NCBI GenBank assembly: GCA_964636285.1
Contig: CAZWQF010000003.1
Span: forward strand, 5,226-69,225
Length of the DNA: 64,000 bases
Source of the DNA: an uncultured Candidatus Saccharibacteria bacterium
GTDB lineage: Bacteria; Patescibacteriota; WWE3; UBA101185; 2-01-FULL-41-18
Reading direction: 5' to 3'
Shown here: positions 29,081 to 39,677 of the stretch, in pieces
Layout of the letters: each line of letters opens with the position of its first letter
Numbering within the stretch: position 1 is the first letter of the stretch
Position numbers and translations under genes: made by a program
The notes under the pieces: generated by a model
Database searches by the model: none
Told to the model about the DNA's origin: nothing
Seen by the model: the letters and a program-made list of their open reading frames with translations, nothing else

Positions 29081-30235
29081 ATGGAACTAGTAATTGCCCT
29101 CATTTTAGGAATTGTCGTAGGCGCAGGTATTGTAATCTTTACGTATAAACTTAATGACTCAAAAAGACGTCCAGATGATGAAGTAGTTAACACTCTTAAA
29201 GAATCCTTTGGGAATATTTCCCTTGAAGTAATTCAAAAAAGCACAGATCAATTTCTCAAACTGGCAAATGAAACTTTAGCCAAGCAATCAGAACTTGGAG
29301 AAAAAGACCTGGACTCAAAAAAATCTCTAATAGATCAATCTTTAGAGAACATGAAGAAAGAGCTTAGCAGAGTAGGCGAGGTGATTAATGGGTTTGAAAA
29401 GGACAGAAATGAAAAATATGGTGAGGTTTCAAACCAATTAAAAAATGTGGTTGAGATGAGCGGAAAACTAAATGAAACAACTGCAAGTCTGAGGGAGGCT
29501 TTATCCAGTACAAAGGCAAGAGGGCAGTGGGGCGAACGAATGGCTGAGGATGTTCTACAACTTGCTGGATTTATAGAAAATATTAATTATCAAAAACAAA
29601 GAGTTATTGAGTCAGCTTCATCAAGGCCTGATTTCACATTTTTTCTTCCACAAGGTCTTAAGGTAAACATGGATGTTAAATTTCCACTGGATAATTACTT
29701 AAAGTATTTAGAAGCAAAATCGGAAAACGAAAAAACTCATCATAAAGAGCAGTTTATAAGAGACGTGAAGCAAAGAGTAAAAGAAGTTACAACAAGAGAC
29801 TATATAAATACTCAGGACAACACCTTGGATTATGTTCTTGTGTTTATTCCTAATGAGCAGGTTTATTCATTTGTTAATGAAAATGCAAGAGAACTTTTAG
29901 ATGAGGCAATGAAAAATAAAGTGATCCTATGCTCGCCATTTACTCTTTATGCCGTGTTGTCTGTAATCAGACAATCTATTGAAAACTTTAGTTTGCAAAA
30001 AACATCAGGAGAGATGCTTTCTTTATTTGGATCATTTTACAAACAGTGGAATGAGTTTACAAAATCCTTTGAGAAGGTTGGAAAAAAGATTGAAGAGACA
30101 CAAGAAGAATTTTTCAAGCTTACAACCACTAGAAGAAACCAGCTAGATAGACCGTTAAGAAAGCTTGAGGAGCTAAGGAAAGAAAAAGGTATTGAGGAAT
30201 CACTTTTCTTAGAAGGCGAAATCCAGGAAGATTAG
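29081..30235 (+). CDS. rmuC: DNA recombination protein RmuC
   Basis: N-terminal TM, long coiled coil, conserved RmuC C-terminal block (RPDFTFFLPQGLKVNMDVKFPLDNY ... VLVFIPNEQVY). Confidence 0.75.
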   Translation: MELVIALILGIVVGAGIVIFTYKLNDSKRRPDDEVVNTLKESFGNISLEVIQKSTDQFLKLANETLAKQSELGEKDLDSKKSLIDQSLENMKKELSRVGEVINGFEKDRNEKYGEVSNQLKNVVEMSGKLNETTASLREALSSTKARGQWGERMAEDVLQLAGFIENINYQKQRVIESASSRPDFTFFLPQGLKVNMDVKFPLDNYLKYLEAKSENEKTHHKEQFIRDVKQRVKEVTTRDYINTQDNTLDYVLVFIPNEQVYSFVNENARELLDEAMKNKVILCSPFTLYAVLSVIRQSIENFSLQKTSGEMLSLFGSFYKQWNEFTKSFEKVGKKIEETQEEFFKLTTTRRNQLDRPLRKLEELRKEKGIEESLFLEGEIQED

Positions 30236-32046
30236 TTTCTATCTTCAGAAAGTTTAATAAATTCCTCAACTTTTTTATCTATCATTTCTAAGCCCTCATT
30301 CCAAAAGTTTTTATCTTTTATGTCCACACCAAGTGTTGAAATAATCTCTTCAGGAGGCATTGAACCACCAAGCGAGAGTGCCCTTATGTACTTTTCTACA
30401 AATGGCGCTCCCTCCTTTTTGTATTTTGCATAGAGAGCAAGCGATAAAGCCTGACCAAAAGCATAGGTAAATACATAAAAATTGTATTTATAAAAATGGC
30501 TAATAGGACCCCACCAATTCGAGTGCCCCTCAGAAAGTTCAAGCCCCTTACCAAACATTTCTTGAAGTCTTGATTGAAAATATTTTCCAAACTCCTCTAC
30601 AGTTAACTCTCCTTTTTCTCTTCTATGGTCATGAACATCTGATTCAAAAAGATAAAAAGCAATTTGCCTAAAGATTGTGGCAAATATACCCTGAAGGCTT
30701 TCACCTAGTAGATTTAACTTTTCCTCACGGTTTGTAGTTGAATTATAAATAAAATCAAATGTAACCATTTCAGCAAATATGCTAGCAATTTCTGCTGTAG
30801 CAACTGACGGGTAATAGCTCAATAAGTTTTGATTTCTTGAAAGGTAATCATGAATACCATGCCCAAGTTCATGAGCTAGTGTTGATATGTCGTTAGTTCT
30901 ACCAACAAAATTCATAAGCACAAGTGGGTGATGGGAAGGTGTTGATCCATGGCAATATGCACCACTAGTTTTTCCTTCAACAACTTTTGAATCAACCCAA
31001 TTATTCACAAAAAACTCTTCTGCAATCTTAGAAAATTTTGGGGAAAAGAGTTCAAAGGATTTGAGGACAGTTTGCTTTGCCTCTTCCCAAGTAACTGCTT
31101 TGCTTTTGATGTCTAATATTGGTGTGTATCTGTCGTACTCATATAACTTCTTGAGCTTCAATAATTTTGCTTTTTGTTTGTAGAACTTCTCAACTGTTTT
31201 GTAATATTTTTGCGTAGTTTCTACCAATGCATCAACAACTTCTTTATCAACCCTATATGTGAGAAACGTTTCTTGCTGGGGGAATGAAAAATTTCTTATC
31301 TCATCTTCAATTTTTTTATCAAGTAAAAGTGTATTTAAAATATACCCAAGTGAATATGAATTTTCTTTTAATGTTTTAGATAATGACTCCGACGCTTCTT
31401 TTCTTTTCTCACGATTCCCGTGAGTTCTCATTACGGAAACAATCTCTTCGTAGGATAACTTGTTTATCTTATTTTTTTCTGAAAATGGATATTTAATTTT
31501 AGAAAATGTTTCATTATAAAATCTTTTGAAAGCATTAGCTCCGGACTGGGACATTTTTGTAATTAATTTTTCTTCTGATTCGGTAAGCCTATGTGACTTT
31601 AATACTCTCAATGAAAGTAAGTGCTCTTTGTATTTAAGTGAAACTACATGGTTTTTGAGTACACTTTGAAGGACCTCATCAGGAATAAATGTTAACTCCA
31701 AGTCTACCCAGGCCATATCGCCTGATACTTTTGAAATAAACTCTCTAGTTGCCTGATAAAATTTTGCTACTTCTTTATTTGAAGTGTTTGAATTAAATAA
31801 GTTGGTTGAGTAAGTACCTATCCTTGATAGAACTGTTAGTATCTTCTCAACTTCTTCTAAAAAAGAAATCAAAAACAAATCTGTAAGGTTTGAGGAATTT
31901 ATTTTTCCTTTAAAATCTTTTTCAAGTTTAATAACTTTCTCAAATACAAAGTTTTTATCTTTCTCAATCATTGGATCGCTAATTGAAAAATACAAATCCG
32001 AAAGATCCCAATTTACCCCCTGAATATTTTTCTTTTGAGACTTCAT
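30232..32046 (-). CDS. pepF: oligoendopeptidase F, M3B family
   Basis: HELGHGIH zinc motif with downstream Glu; length and architecture match PepF. Confidence 0.85.
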   Translation of the reverse strand: MKSQKKNIQGVNWDLSDLYFSISDPMIEKDKNFVFEKVIKLEKDFKGKINSSNLTDLFLISFLEEVEKILTVLSRIGTYSTNLFNSNTSNKEVAKFYQATREFISKVSGDMAWVDLELTFIPDEVLQSVLKNHVVSLKYKEHLLSLRVLKSHRLTESEEKLITKMSQSGANAFKRFYNETFSKIKYPFSEKNKINKLSYEEIVSVMRTHGNREKRKEASESLSKTLKENSYSLGYILNTLLLDKKIEDEIRNFSFPQQETFLTYRVDKEVVDALVETTQKYYKTVEKFYKQKAKLLKLKKLYEYDRYTPILDIKSKAVTWEEAKQTVLKSFELFSPKFSKIAEEFFVNNWVDSKVVEGKTSGAYCHGSTPSHHPLVLMNFVGRTNDISTLAHELGHGIHDYLSRNQNLLSYYPSVATAEIASIFAEMVTFDFIYNSTTNREEKLNLLGESLQGIFATIFRQIAFYLFESDVHDHRREKGELTVEEFGKYFQSRLQEMFGKGLELSEGHSNWWGPISHFYKYNFYVFTYAFGQALSLALYAKYKKEGAPFVEKYIRALSLGGSMPPEEIISTLGVDIKDKNFWNEGLEMIDKKVEEFIKLSEDRN

Positions 32047-32117
32047 ATAAAGATTTTAACACTTAACATAGTGCTTAAGCTTATGATATAAGATATATTG
32101 AAAGGAATCTATATATT

Positions 32118-32726
32118 ATGTTTGAATTACCTAAATTAAACTATAAATTTTCTGAACTTGAACCAGTGATTGACGCAAAGACAATGGAGATTCACCTAGC
32201 CAAACATCACCAAACTTATGTAACAAACCTAAATAACGCTCTTAAGGACCAGCTTGAAATTCAAAACTGTACTATTGAGGAGTTAATTTGCTCATTAAAC
32301 GATTTGCCAGAGTCAATAAGAACCGCTGTAAGAAATAACGGAGGAGGCCACTATAACCATTCGCTTTTTTGGCAAATGATGAAGCCCGCTGTTATTGGTG
32401 TGGTAAATCAGCCCGAGGGAAAACTACTGAAAGAAATAGAAAAAGAGTTCGGAAGCTTTGACACTTTCAAGGAAACTTTCACAAAAGCAGGACTCACAAG
32501 ATTTGGAAGTGGCTGGGCATGGCTTAACAAAGACAAAATGGGCAAACTTACAGTAACTTCAACTGCTAACCAAGATTCCCCGTTGATGGAGGGAAGCACT
32601 CCACTCTTGGGACTAGATGTTTGGGAGCATGCCTACTACCTAAACTACCAGAACAGAAGAGCTGACTACATCAACGAATGGTGGAAGGTAGTTAACTGGG
32701 AGTTTGTGAGCAGTAGATACAACTAA
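32118..32726 (+). CDS. sodA: Fe/Mn superoxide dismutase
   Basis: [28 protein letters not shown] ... [18 protein letters not shown]. Confidence 0.9.
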   Translation: MFELPKLNYKFSELEPVIDAKTMEIHLAKHHQTYVTNLNNALKDQLEIQNCTIEELICSLNDLPESIRTAVRNNGGGHYNHSLFWQMMKPAVIGVVNQPEGKLLKEIEKEFGSFDTFKETFTKAGLTRFGSGWAWLNKDKMGKLTVTSTANQDSPLMEGSTPLLGLDVWEHAYYLNYQNRRADYINEWWKVVNWEFVSSRYN

Positions 32727-32790
32727 CTTTGACTACGTACAAAAATTAGTGTAATTAAAAGTCAACACCAGTATTCAGAAGTGAGGGAGA

Positions 32791-33027
32791 ATGCTCAACC
32801 TAGTTCTGAAGCTTTTTCTAAGGAATCTCTTTCAGGAGGCGGTAGGCCGAGGAGGCAAGAGAATCAGGATTACTACTTCTGCAATTGACACAACTCCAAA
32901 GGGGCAGGTCCTGTTTGAAATTAAAGTTACAGGTATTGGGATTGCAGGCTATAAAACCAAAAAGCTTGTTCCAAATACCACTAGCGGAAAAGCCCCTAAA
33001 AGCAAAAAGGGAAATGGAGCAAGATAG
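32791..33027 (+). CDS. small hypothetical protein in a GC-rich islet
   Basis: ORF whose composition is unlike its flanks; no motif. Confidence 0.3.
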   Translation: MLNLVLKLFLRNLFQEAVGRGGKRIRITTSAIDTTPKGQVLFEIKVTGIGIAGYKTKKLVPNTTSGKAPKSKKGNGAR

Positions 33028-33044
33028 GCCCTTAGCAATGCAAG

Positions 33045-34187
33045 TTGTTTGAGGGCCTTATACATATCTGGTATAACCTTTGCATGGAGCAAAACCCAAT
33101 CTCTTCAAGAAAATTTGTTAAACCAGAGCTTCCTATTTTCTGCCCAGACGCAACAAGAGGGGTACTTAGAGCAGTTGACACCCTGGACATTAAAAACACA
33201 AAAACAAATGGTCTGGTTGTTAATACATATCACTTAATGTTCACCCCAGGGATAGAAACAATTAAAAAATATGGAGGGGTAAAAAACTTCATGAAATGGG
33301 ACGGGTTTACAATTTCAGACTCCGGTGGGTTCCAAATGCTTTCATTAGTTAATAAAAATAAAAAATTTGGTCAGGTTTTAGAAGAAGGCGTTTATTTAAC
33401 TAACCCGGGATTTACGCCATTCCTGTTTACCCCAGAAATGTGTATTCAAACACAGTTCATAATTGGTTCAGACCTGATGATTGTGCTTGACGATTGCCCA
33501 AAGATTAAAGCGTCAAGACAAGAAATCTCAGATGCGGTTGATAGAACAGTCAGGTGGGCTAAAAGATGCAAAACAGAATTTAACAGACTCCTAGAATTAA
33601 ATGGCCTAGACAATACAAACAGGCCTATGCTTTTTGGAGTAATTCAAGGAGGAAGCTACAAAGACCTTAGAAAAAGATGTGCGGACGCTCTACTTGAAAT
33701 AGGATTTGATGGTTTTGGATATGGTGGTTGGCCTATGACAAGAGAAAATGTTCTTGACGAAGAATACCTTGATTACGTTGCAAGACTAGTACCAAACGGC
33801 ATGAAGAGGTATGCACTAGGAGTAGGACTTCCACATGAGGTTGGAAAATGTGTTTCACTTGGGTATGAGATTTTTGACTGCGTGTTACCCACAAGAGATG
33901 CAAGGCATAAAAGATTATATATTTTTAACAAAGATCCAGAACAAATAACTGATATAAAAGAATTCACAAATAGAGATTTTTATTCGTTCATGGGAATCCA
34001 TAAAGAAATGCATGCTGGGCTTGATGAAAAAATTGATCCTTTTTGTGACTGCTATACTTGTACAAATTACAGCAAGGGATATCTTAGGCATCTGTTTGCA
34101 ATCAAAGACACGCTCGCGTACAGACTTGCTTCGATTCACAATATGAGAATGTATTCAAAACTAATGGAGAACCTTAAAAGATTATGA
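33045..34187 (+). CDS. tgt: queuine tRNA-ribosyltransferase
   Basis: LMIVLDDCP, LFGVIQGG, and zinc site CDCYTC...H. The ATG at 33084 is an alternative start. Confidence 0.85.
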   Translation: MFEGLIHIWYNLCMEQNPISSRKFVKPELPIFCPDATRGVLRAVDTLDIKNTKTNGLVVNTYHLMFTPGIETIKKYGGVKNFMKWDGFTISDSGGFQMLSLVNKNKKFGQVLEEGVYLTNPGFTPFLFTPEMCIQTQFIIGSDLMIVLDDCPKIKASRQEISDAVDRTVRWAKRCKTEFNRLLELNGLDNTNRPMLFGVIQGGSYKDLRKRCADALLEIGFDGFGYGGWPMTRENVLDEEYLDYVARLVPNGMKRYALGVGLPHEVGKCVSLGYEIFDCVLPTRDARHKRLYIFNKDPEQITDIKEFTNRDFYSFMGIHKEMHAGLDEKIDPFCDCYTCTNYSKGYLRHLFAIKDTLAYRLASIHNMRMYSKLMENLKRL

Positions 34188-34654
34188 TAATTTTGGGTGT
34201 TGATCCTGGTACTGCAACAACAGGAATTGGTGTTATTGAAGGCGAAAGAAAAAAGGGCTTTAAATGCCTACATTATACTTGTATTAAAACACCAGCAAAC
34301 TCTCCTATAGATCAAAGACTTAGAACAATTTACTTGGAATTAACCGAATTTATAAAAGAATATAAGCCTCAAATTCTCTCTGTTGAGGAGCTTTTCTTTA
34401 ACAACAACCCAAAAACCGTAATGTCAGTAGGTAGAGTTGGAGGTGTGATAATTTTGGCATCTGCATTAAATAATCTTGAACTTAGAGAGTACACACCACT
34501 TGAAGTTAAGATGGCGATTACGGGATACGGAAGGGCAGAAAAGCTGCAAGTGCAAAAAATGGTTGCCCTAACACTTAAGCTCAAAGAAATTCCAAAACCC
34601 GACGACGCAGCAGACGCCCTTGCTATAGCTTTGACGGCTGGGATTAGTCTATAA
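34184..34654 (+). CDS. ruvC: Holliday junction resolvase RuvC
   Basis: MIILGVDPGTATTGIGVIE and C-terminal DAADALAIAL. Confidence 0.85.
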   Translation: MIILGVDPGTATTGIGVIEGERKKGFKCLHYTCIKTPANSPIDQRLRTIYLELTEFIKEYKPQILSVEELFFNNNPKTVMSVGRVGGVIILASALNNLELREYTPLEVKMAITGYGRAEKLQVQKMVALTLKLKEIPKPDDAADALAIALTAGISL

Positions 34655-34666
34655 TCCTATAGAAAT

Positions 34667-35242
34667 ATGATTGGATATTTAAAAGGAAAAGTAATCAGAA
34701 AAGGGGAGACGGAGGTAGTTGTTGATGTGAATGGGGTAGGATATAAAGTATTTCTGGATTCTGCAACATGCTCTAAGGTCTCTTTTGGAGAAACCCTTGA
34801 ACTAGACATTTACACCCATGTTAAAGAAGATCAGCTATCGCTTTTTGGATTTACCACAAACGAAAACAAAAACTTCTTTGAAATGCTAATCAGTGTCTCC
34901 GGCGTAGGCCCCAAATCGGCCCTAGCTATACTTTCCCTAGGTAATGCGATAAATACCATTAGAAGCATACAAAAAGCCAAGGTAGAGGATCTTACGCGCG
35001 TTCCTGGCATTGGAAAAAAACTAGCTCAAAAGATTATTGTGGATCTTCAATCAAAGGTTGGAAAACTTGTTGAAATTGATTTAACTGCTGATAGCGACGA
35101 CGAATTAATTTTGGCCCTTTTAAATTTGGGATTTGAAAAATCCGAGGCCCTAAGAATGTCAAAAGATGTGGATTCTGAGCTCTCAATATCAGATAAGATT
35201 AAGCTAAGTTTAAAGAAGAAAAACCATGACAAATCAAGATAA
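34667..35242 (+). CDS. ruvA: Holliday junction DNA helicase RuvA
   Basis: MIGYLKGKV...VDVNGVGYKVF; HhH motifs. Confidence 0.85.
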   Translation: MIGYLKGKVIRKGETEVVVDVNGVGYKVFLDSATCSKVSFGETLELDIYTHVKEDQLSLFGFTTNENKNFFEMLISVSGVGPKSALAILSLGNAINTIRSIQKAKVEDLTRVPGIGKKLAQKIIVDLQSKVGKLVEIDLTADSDDELILALLNLGFEKSEALRMSKDVDSELSISDKIKLSLKKKNHDKSR

Positions 35243-36206
35243 TGAGATACAAGAATTACAAAAAGAAGCTGATCTTGAGACAACTTTGAGGCCAAAGTTC
35301 ATTGAAGAATTTAATGGTCAAAAAAATATTATAGATAACCTTAAAATAATAGTTAAGGCAGCAAAACAAAGATCCGAACCTCTTGACCATGTGCTTTTTT
35401 ACGGACCTCCGGGACTTGGGAAGACAACACTAGCCCACATCATTGCAAACGAGTATCAATCAAGTATAAAAATGACGTCAGGACCTGTTCTTGAAAGGTC
35501 AGGAGATTTGGCGTCAATACTTACAAATCTAGAAGAAGGGGACATATTATTTATAGACGAAATTCACAGACTAAATAAAAATGTTGAAGAGGCTATCTAC
35601 CCAGCGTTAGAAGATTTTGGACTAGACATTATCCTCGGAAAAGGACCATCTGCAAGAACGGTAAGACTTGATCTTCCAAAATTCACATTAGTTGGAGCAA
35701 CTACAAAAGTTGGATCAATTTCAAATCCATTGAGAGATCGATTCGGAGCTATTTTTAAACTGGATTTTTACTCCCCAGAGGAGCTTATGAAAATCATTGT
35801 CAGATCGGCAACAATTTTGAACATGGAAATTGATGCTGAATCAGTAAAAATAATTGCGTTAAGATCAAGAGGAACGCCAAGAATTGCAAATAAACTCCTT
35901 AAAAGAGTCAGAGACTACTCTCAGGTAGCAGGGGTAAGCAAAATTATGACAAAACATGTAAACGAGATAATGGGCAAGATTGGTGTAAACGAACACGGAT
36001 TGGATTCAGAGGACCTGAAATACCTTGAAACCATTGAGAAAAAGTTTGATGGGGGTCCGGTAGGTTTAACTACTCTTGCAGCGGCTTTGTCAGAGGATGT
36101 AGATACCATTGAAAATGTAATTGAGCCATTTTTGCTTCAAAGAGGTCTAATAAAAAGAACATCAAAGGGTAGAGTTCTAACTCACATGCCAAAATCCAAG
36201 TCATAG
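35226..36206 (+). CDS. ruvB: Holliday junction DNA helicase RuvB
   Basis: Walker A GPPGLGKTTLA, DEIHRL, sensor motifs. Confidence 0.9.
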   Translation: MTNQDNEIQELQKEADLETTLRPKFIEEFNGQKNIIDNLKIIVKAAKQRSEPLDHVLFYGPPGLGKTTLAHIIANEYQSSIKMTSGPVLERSGDLASILTNLEEGDILFIDEIHRLNKNVEEAIYPALEDFGLDIILGKGPSARTVRLDLPKFTLVGATTKVGSISNPLRDRFGAIFKLDFYSPEELMKIIVRSATILNMEIDAESVKIIALRSRGTPRIANKLLKRVRDYSQVAGVSKIMTKHVNEIMGKIGVNEHGLDSEDLKYLETIEKKFDGGPVGLTTLAAALSEDVDTIENVIEPFLLQRGLIKRTSKGRVLTHMPKSKS

Positions 36207-36286
36207 TTTTTCATATTCGTTACAGCTTCTTGTGGTAACCACCTATATTTACTAAAATACTACAACTTCAGATTTTTACAGAGATT

Positions 36287-37687
36287 ATGACGGCTCAAAA
36301 AGATCTGCTCAGTGAAGCAATAAAACTGGGCGAACAATTCTATGGAGACCAAAAGAAGCTTTCGGGAGAGTTTGTGGCTACGCATGCCCAAAGGGTTGTT
36401 GATAATCTTAAAAAAATTGGAATAACTGACGAAGAAACATTAATAGTTGCGTATCTTCACCACATACCGCTCGATACCTCAACACAAGATGGTATGAAAG
36501 CCAAGGAAGCAGTTACAAATAAGCTTGGAGGGGCAGTTTATCAGCTTATACAGCAGTACAGTATTATCAGAAAAAATCATATTAACTCCCTTGCAGCAGA
36601 TAAAATTAATGCTGGTTACATCATACAAACCTACTTTAACCTTACAAAGGACATAAGGCTTCTACTTGTGCGACTTGCAGACAAGGTTGAGGATTCAAAA
36701 AGCCTTCAGTTCCTGCCAATAGAAGAAAGGTCTTTGAACGCCGAAAAGCTTTTGGTTTTATACTCACCAGTCTGTCACATTCTAGGCATAAGCTCATTTT
36801 CTAGGGAGCTTGAAAACAACGCATTTAAAGCTTTAAACCCAGAAAAATATTTAAAGATTGAGTCGTACATCAAATCAAAAAAACCACGAATGGAAAAGGC
36901 ATTTAAGGAGATCGATTCGTTTGTAAGAGATATTTGTAAGGAAAGGGATATAAATGTTTTAGATATTTTTTATAGAGTTAAAAGTCCTTATTCGGTATAT
37001 AGAAAAATGAATAAGGACGGCAGAGATATTAAGGAAATAAGAGACCTTGCAGCACTTACGATTCTTGTTCAGTCAGTAGAGGGCTGTTACGCAGTGGAGG
37101 ATGTGCTTCAACAGGCATTTGATATAAACATGGAACACAGAGATGACTACATTAGAAATCCAAAATTGTCTGGCTACAGATCAATCCACAACATTGTTTC
37201 TGTATACAGCGACGTGCTGATGGAAGTTCAGATCAAGACAAATGAAATGCATGAACATAACGAATTTGGACTAGCCAGCCACGCATTCTACAAAATTGGG
37301 GAAGTACTTAAACAACAAGCTCAGAGCAATCCTGAGCTACTCAAGGAGTTGAATGTAGGAACGTTAAAAGAGTCTGAAAATAAGACTTTGGAGCATTTTA
37401 GCGACAGTGTTTATGTGTTTACTCCAAAAGGTAGGGTGATAAAGCTTCCAAAGGACTCAAATGTAATTGACTTTGCTTTTGCATTACACGGGGACATAGG
37501 AATCTCATGCACTTTTGCAAAGGTGAATGGAATGATTGTCAAATTAAATCATGTCTTAAAGGACGGAGATGTTATTGAAATAATCACGAGTTCAAAATCA
37601 AAACCGAGCGCTGACTGGTTAAAAGACGTAAAAACATCAAAAGCAAGAAGGTTAATCAGACGAGAGCTAAAACTTGATGAAGACTAA
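36287..37687 (+). CDS. short RelA/SpoT-family (p)ppGpp synthetase/hydrolase (HD-Synth-TGS, no ACT domain)
   Basis: N-terminal HD-like region (HAQRVV...YLHHIPLD), synthetase block FYRVKSPYSVYRKM...DLAALTILV, TGS motif VYVFTPKGRVIKLPKDSNVIDFAF. Confidence 0.75.
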   Translation: MTAQKDLLSEAIKLGEQFYGDQKKLSGEFVATHAQRVVDNLKKIGITDEETLIVAYLHHIPLDTSTQDGMKAKEAVTNKLGGAVYQLIQQYSIIRKNHINSLAADKINAGYIIQTYFNLTKDIRLLLVRLADKVEDSKSLQFLPIEERSLNAEKLLVLYSPVCHILGISSFSRELENNAFKALNPEKYLKIESYIKSKKPRMEKAFKEIDSFVRDICKERDINVLDIFYRVKSPYSVYRKMNKDGRDIKEIRDLAALTILVQSVEGCYAVEDVLQQAFDINMEHRDDYIRNPKLSGYRSIHNIVSVYSDVLMEVQIKTNEMHEHNEFGLASHAFYKIGEVLKQQAQSNPELLKELNVGTLKESENKTLEHFSDSVYVFTPKGRVIKLPKDSNVIDFAFALHGDIGISCTFAKVNGMIVKLNHVLKDGDVIEIITSSKSKPSADWLKDVKTSKARRLIRRELKLDED

Positions 37688-37690
37688 GAG

Positions 37691-39310
37691 TTATCCCTCA
37701 ACAACTTCTTCGTGTCTTCTTCTGAAGAAGTCTATTATGTCTTCAACGGACTGAACAATAATCTTAAATGGAGCTTCAAAAATAAAATCAAAGATTAATG
37801 TAAAAAAGTTAAATCTTGAAACCTGAGTAGACAACTTCTGTCCAAGTTTAAGAACAGGAAGTGCCAAAATATTTATGATGTTGTCAAAAAGTTTTTCTTT
37901 TTTTGGAATGTACTGAAGTTCAAGACTTCTAGCTCTAATATTCCATGCAAAAAAGCTCAACACTGAAACAAAGAAAATGAAAATCCCTACGCTACTTAAG
38001 TTAAATCCAAGTTTGTTTAGTACCAAAAATATAACACCATACACAAGAAGATAAATGGAGGCGTAGACATACCAGAGCCACCCTTGAGTATTCTCAATAG
38101 GTGAGACTCTTTTCTTAAACTGAGCCTCTTCTTGTTCGGTTATAAAGATTTTGTCCTCGTACACAATCTTTTTGATAGCCTGAAAAATCCTGTCAGTATT
38201 ATCTCTACCTTGAATCCTTATCTTTTTTGCAATAATAAAGAATACTGCAACAGGAAAGAGTGTATTTATTGCTAGTGTTAAGTAATTTATGTGACCATAC
38301 AGGTATAAATCCACAGGAGCTTCAATCACCAGTGCAAGGAGCATCTTTGTTATAAAAAGGTATATAAGCATTCTGGTAATTCTTAGGTTCAGCTTTTTCT
38401 TTAAATCAACATAAAACTGCGAAATAAATTCTTCAGCTCTAGAAAGAAGAGTTTCTTCATTCGAAAGTATAGGCTCGATTCTTTCTGGATTTGATTCAAG
38501 GACGCCTTCTAGAACTTTGAATGGAGGGGCAAGCTTTCTGATCTGAACGTAAAGCCTATCTTGAGTAGGGCTCTTAATTATTCCATCTATATACTCTCTT
38601 GTTGACTCAATATTTGTAACTACCTGTTTAATCTGCTCAAAAGTGGGGGAGTCAAAAAAGTTTGGGTATACAATGCTAAGTGCATGGTATCTCAAAACTG
38701 GAAGGTCTGACTTAACAAGAGCTCTATGACATGCAATAAAAACATGGAGCCCTTCTTGTTCAGGCGAAAGGTCAAGACTTGTTTCTCTTAACGCTTCTAG
38801 CACATGCTGGCTCATTACCTTGATAAAAACTTCAGGTTTGTAAAAAGGATCTATAGCTTTTTCTATTTCAGAGGACGCAACGCCAATGATCCAATCCCAA
38901 AGAATATTTGGATCTTTTGTGATTCTCAAGTCATTAAAATACTGCTTAGCTACAATATACTTATTAAGAATATCTGTGACTGCTTTGAGTTTCCAGTCTG
39001 TAACGTCACCATCCTGAACATACTTACCTCTGATAAGGTCCTTTACCAAAAGGTCAGTGAGGTTGTCAGACTCGGATCTTGAATTTAAGTAAACTCTTAA
39101 AAATCTGTGAATTGCGTATCTTCTAATGAGGTGCTCATCCTTATAATCTACTGTGTTTCTAACTCTTTCGTAGACTGTTGAGAGCCAGGAGGTTGCAGGG
39201 CTAACCTCAAATTTCCTTGTCTTAACAAGCAAATCTTGGTTTTTATAAACCTTATTGAGTTCGTTTATTAAAGTTTGAACATTCTTATTTGTTTCCTGCA
39301 CGGCTACCAT
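37691..39310 (-). CDS. hypothetical membrane protein (large cytoplasmic N-domain plus C-terminal TM bundle)
   Basis: ORF and hydropathy only. Confidence 0.45.
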   Translation of the reverse strand: MVAVQETNKNVQTLINELNKVYKNQDLLVKTRKFEVSPATSWLSTVYERVRNTVDYKDEHLIRRYAIHRFLRVYLNSRSESDNLTDLLVKDLIRGKYVQDGDVTDWKLKAVTDILNKYIVAKQYFNDLRITKDPNILWDWIIGVASSEIEKAIDPFYKPEVFIKVMSQHVLEALRETSLDLSPEQEGLHVFIACHRALVKSDLPVLRYHALSIVYPNFFDSPTFEQIKQVVTNIESTREYIDGIIKSPTQDRLYVQIRKLAPPFKVLEGVLESNPERIEPILSNEETLLSRAEEFISQFYVDLKKKLNLRITRMLIYLFITKMLLALVIEAPVDLYLYGHINYLTLAINTLFPVAVFFIIAKKIRIQGRDNTDRIFQAIKKIVYEDKIFITEQEEAQFKKRVSPIENTQGWLWYVYASIYLLVYGVIFLVLNKLGFNLSSVGIFIFFVSVLSFFAWNIRARSLELQYIPKKEKLFDNIINILALPVLKLGQKLSTQVSRFNFFTLIFDFIFEAPFKIIVQSVEDIIDFFRRRHEEVVEG

Positions 39311-39429
39311 TATATCTCACTTCAAAATCCCGTGCATCTCGAATAGACCTATAGAAATTGAGGACAAAAATAGGCTCTGTCATAAAAAATGCGAACATAT
39401 TTAGAGGACAAAGCCTATTTACCAATTAC

Positions 39430-39657
39430 TTAACTAACAACAGGTACCTTAAGAGCGTCAAAGGAGTCCTTGCTTAAAAACTTTGTAAGCTTGACCTTTG
39501 ATCCTTCAACTGTGGTTTCGGAAACGGCTGCATATCTAGTCATCATGTTTCCACCTTTGCCTTTGATGTGTAGCTCCTTCTTCTTAACTTCAGTGTCAGG
39601 AACCTGTACGCTTTTCTTGTGCTTTACGGAGTAAAATTCCATGTAATTCACCTCCAA
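39430..39657 (-). CDS. small basic hypothetical protein
   Basis: Lys-rich 70-75-aa ORF, divergent from the ATP-grasp pair. Confidence 0.35.
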   Translation of the reverse strand: MEVNYMEFYSVKHKKSVQVPDTEVKKKELHIKGKGGNMMTRYAAVSETTVEGSKVKLTKFLSKDSFDALKVPVVS

Positions 39658-39677
39658 TCTAACTAAAACCCATTTTT

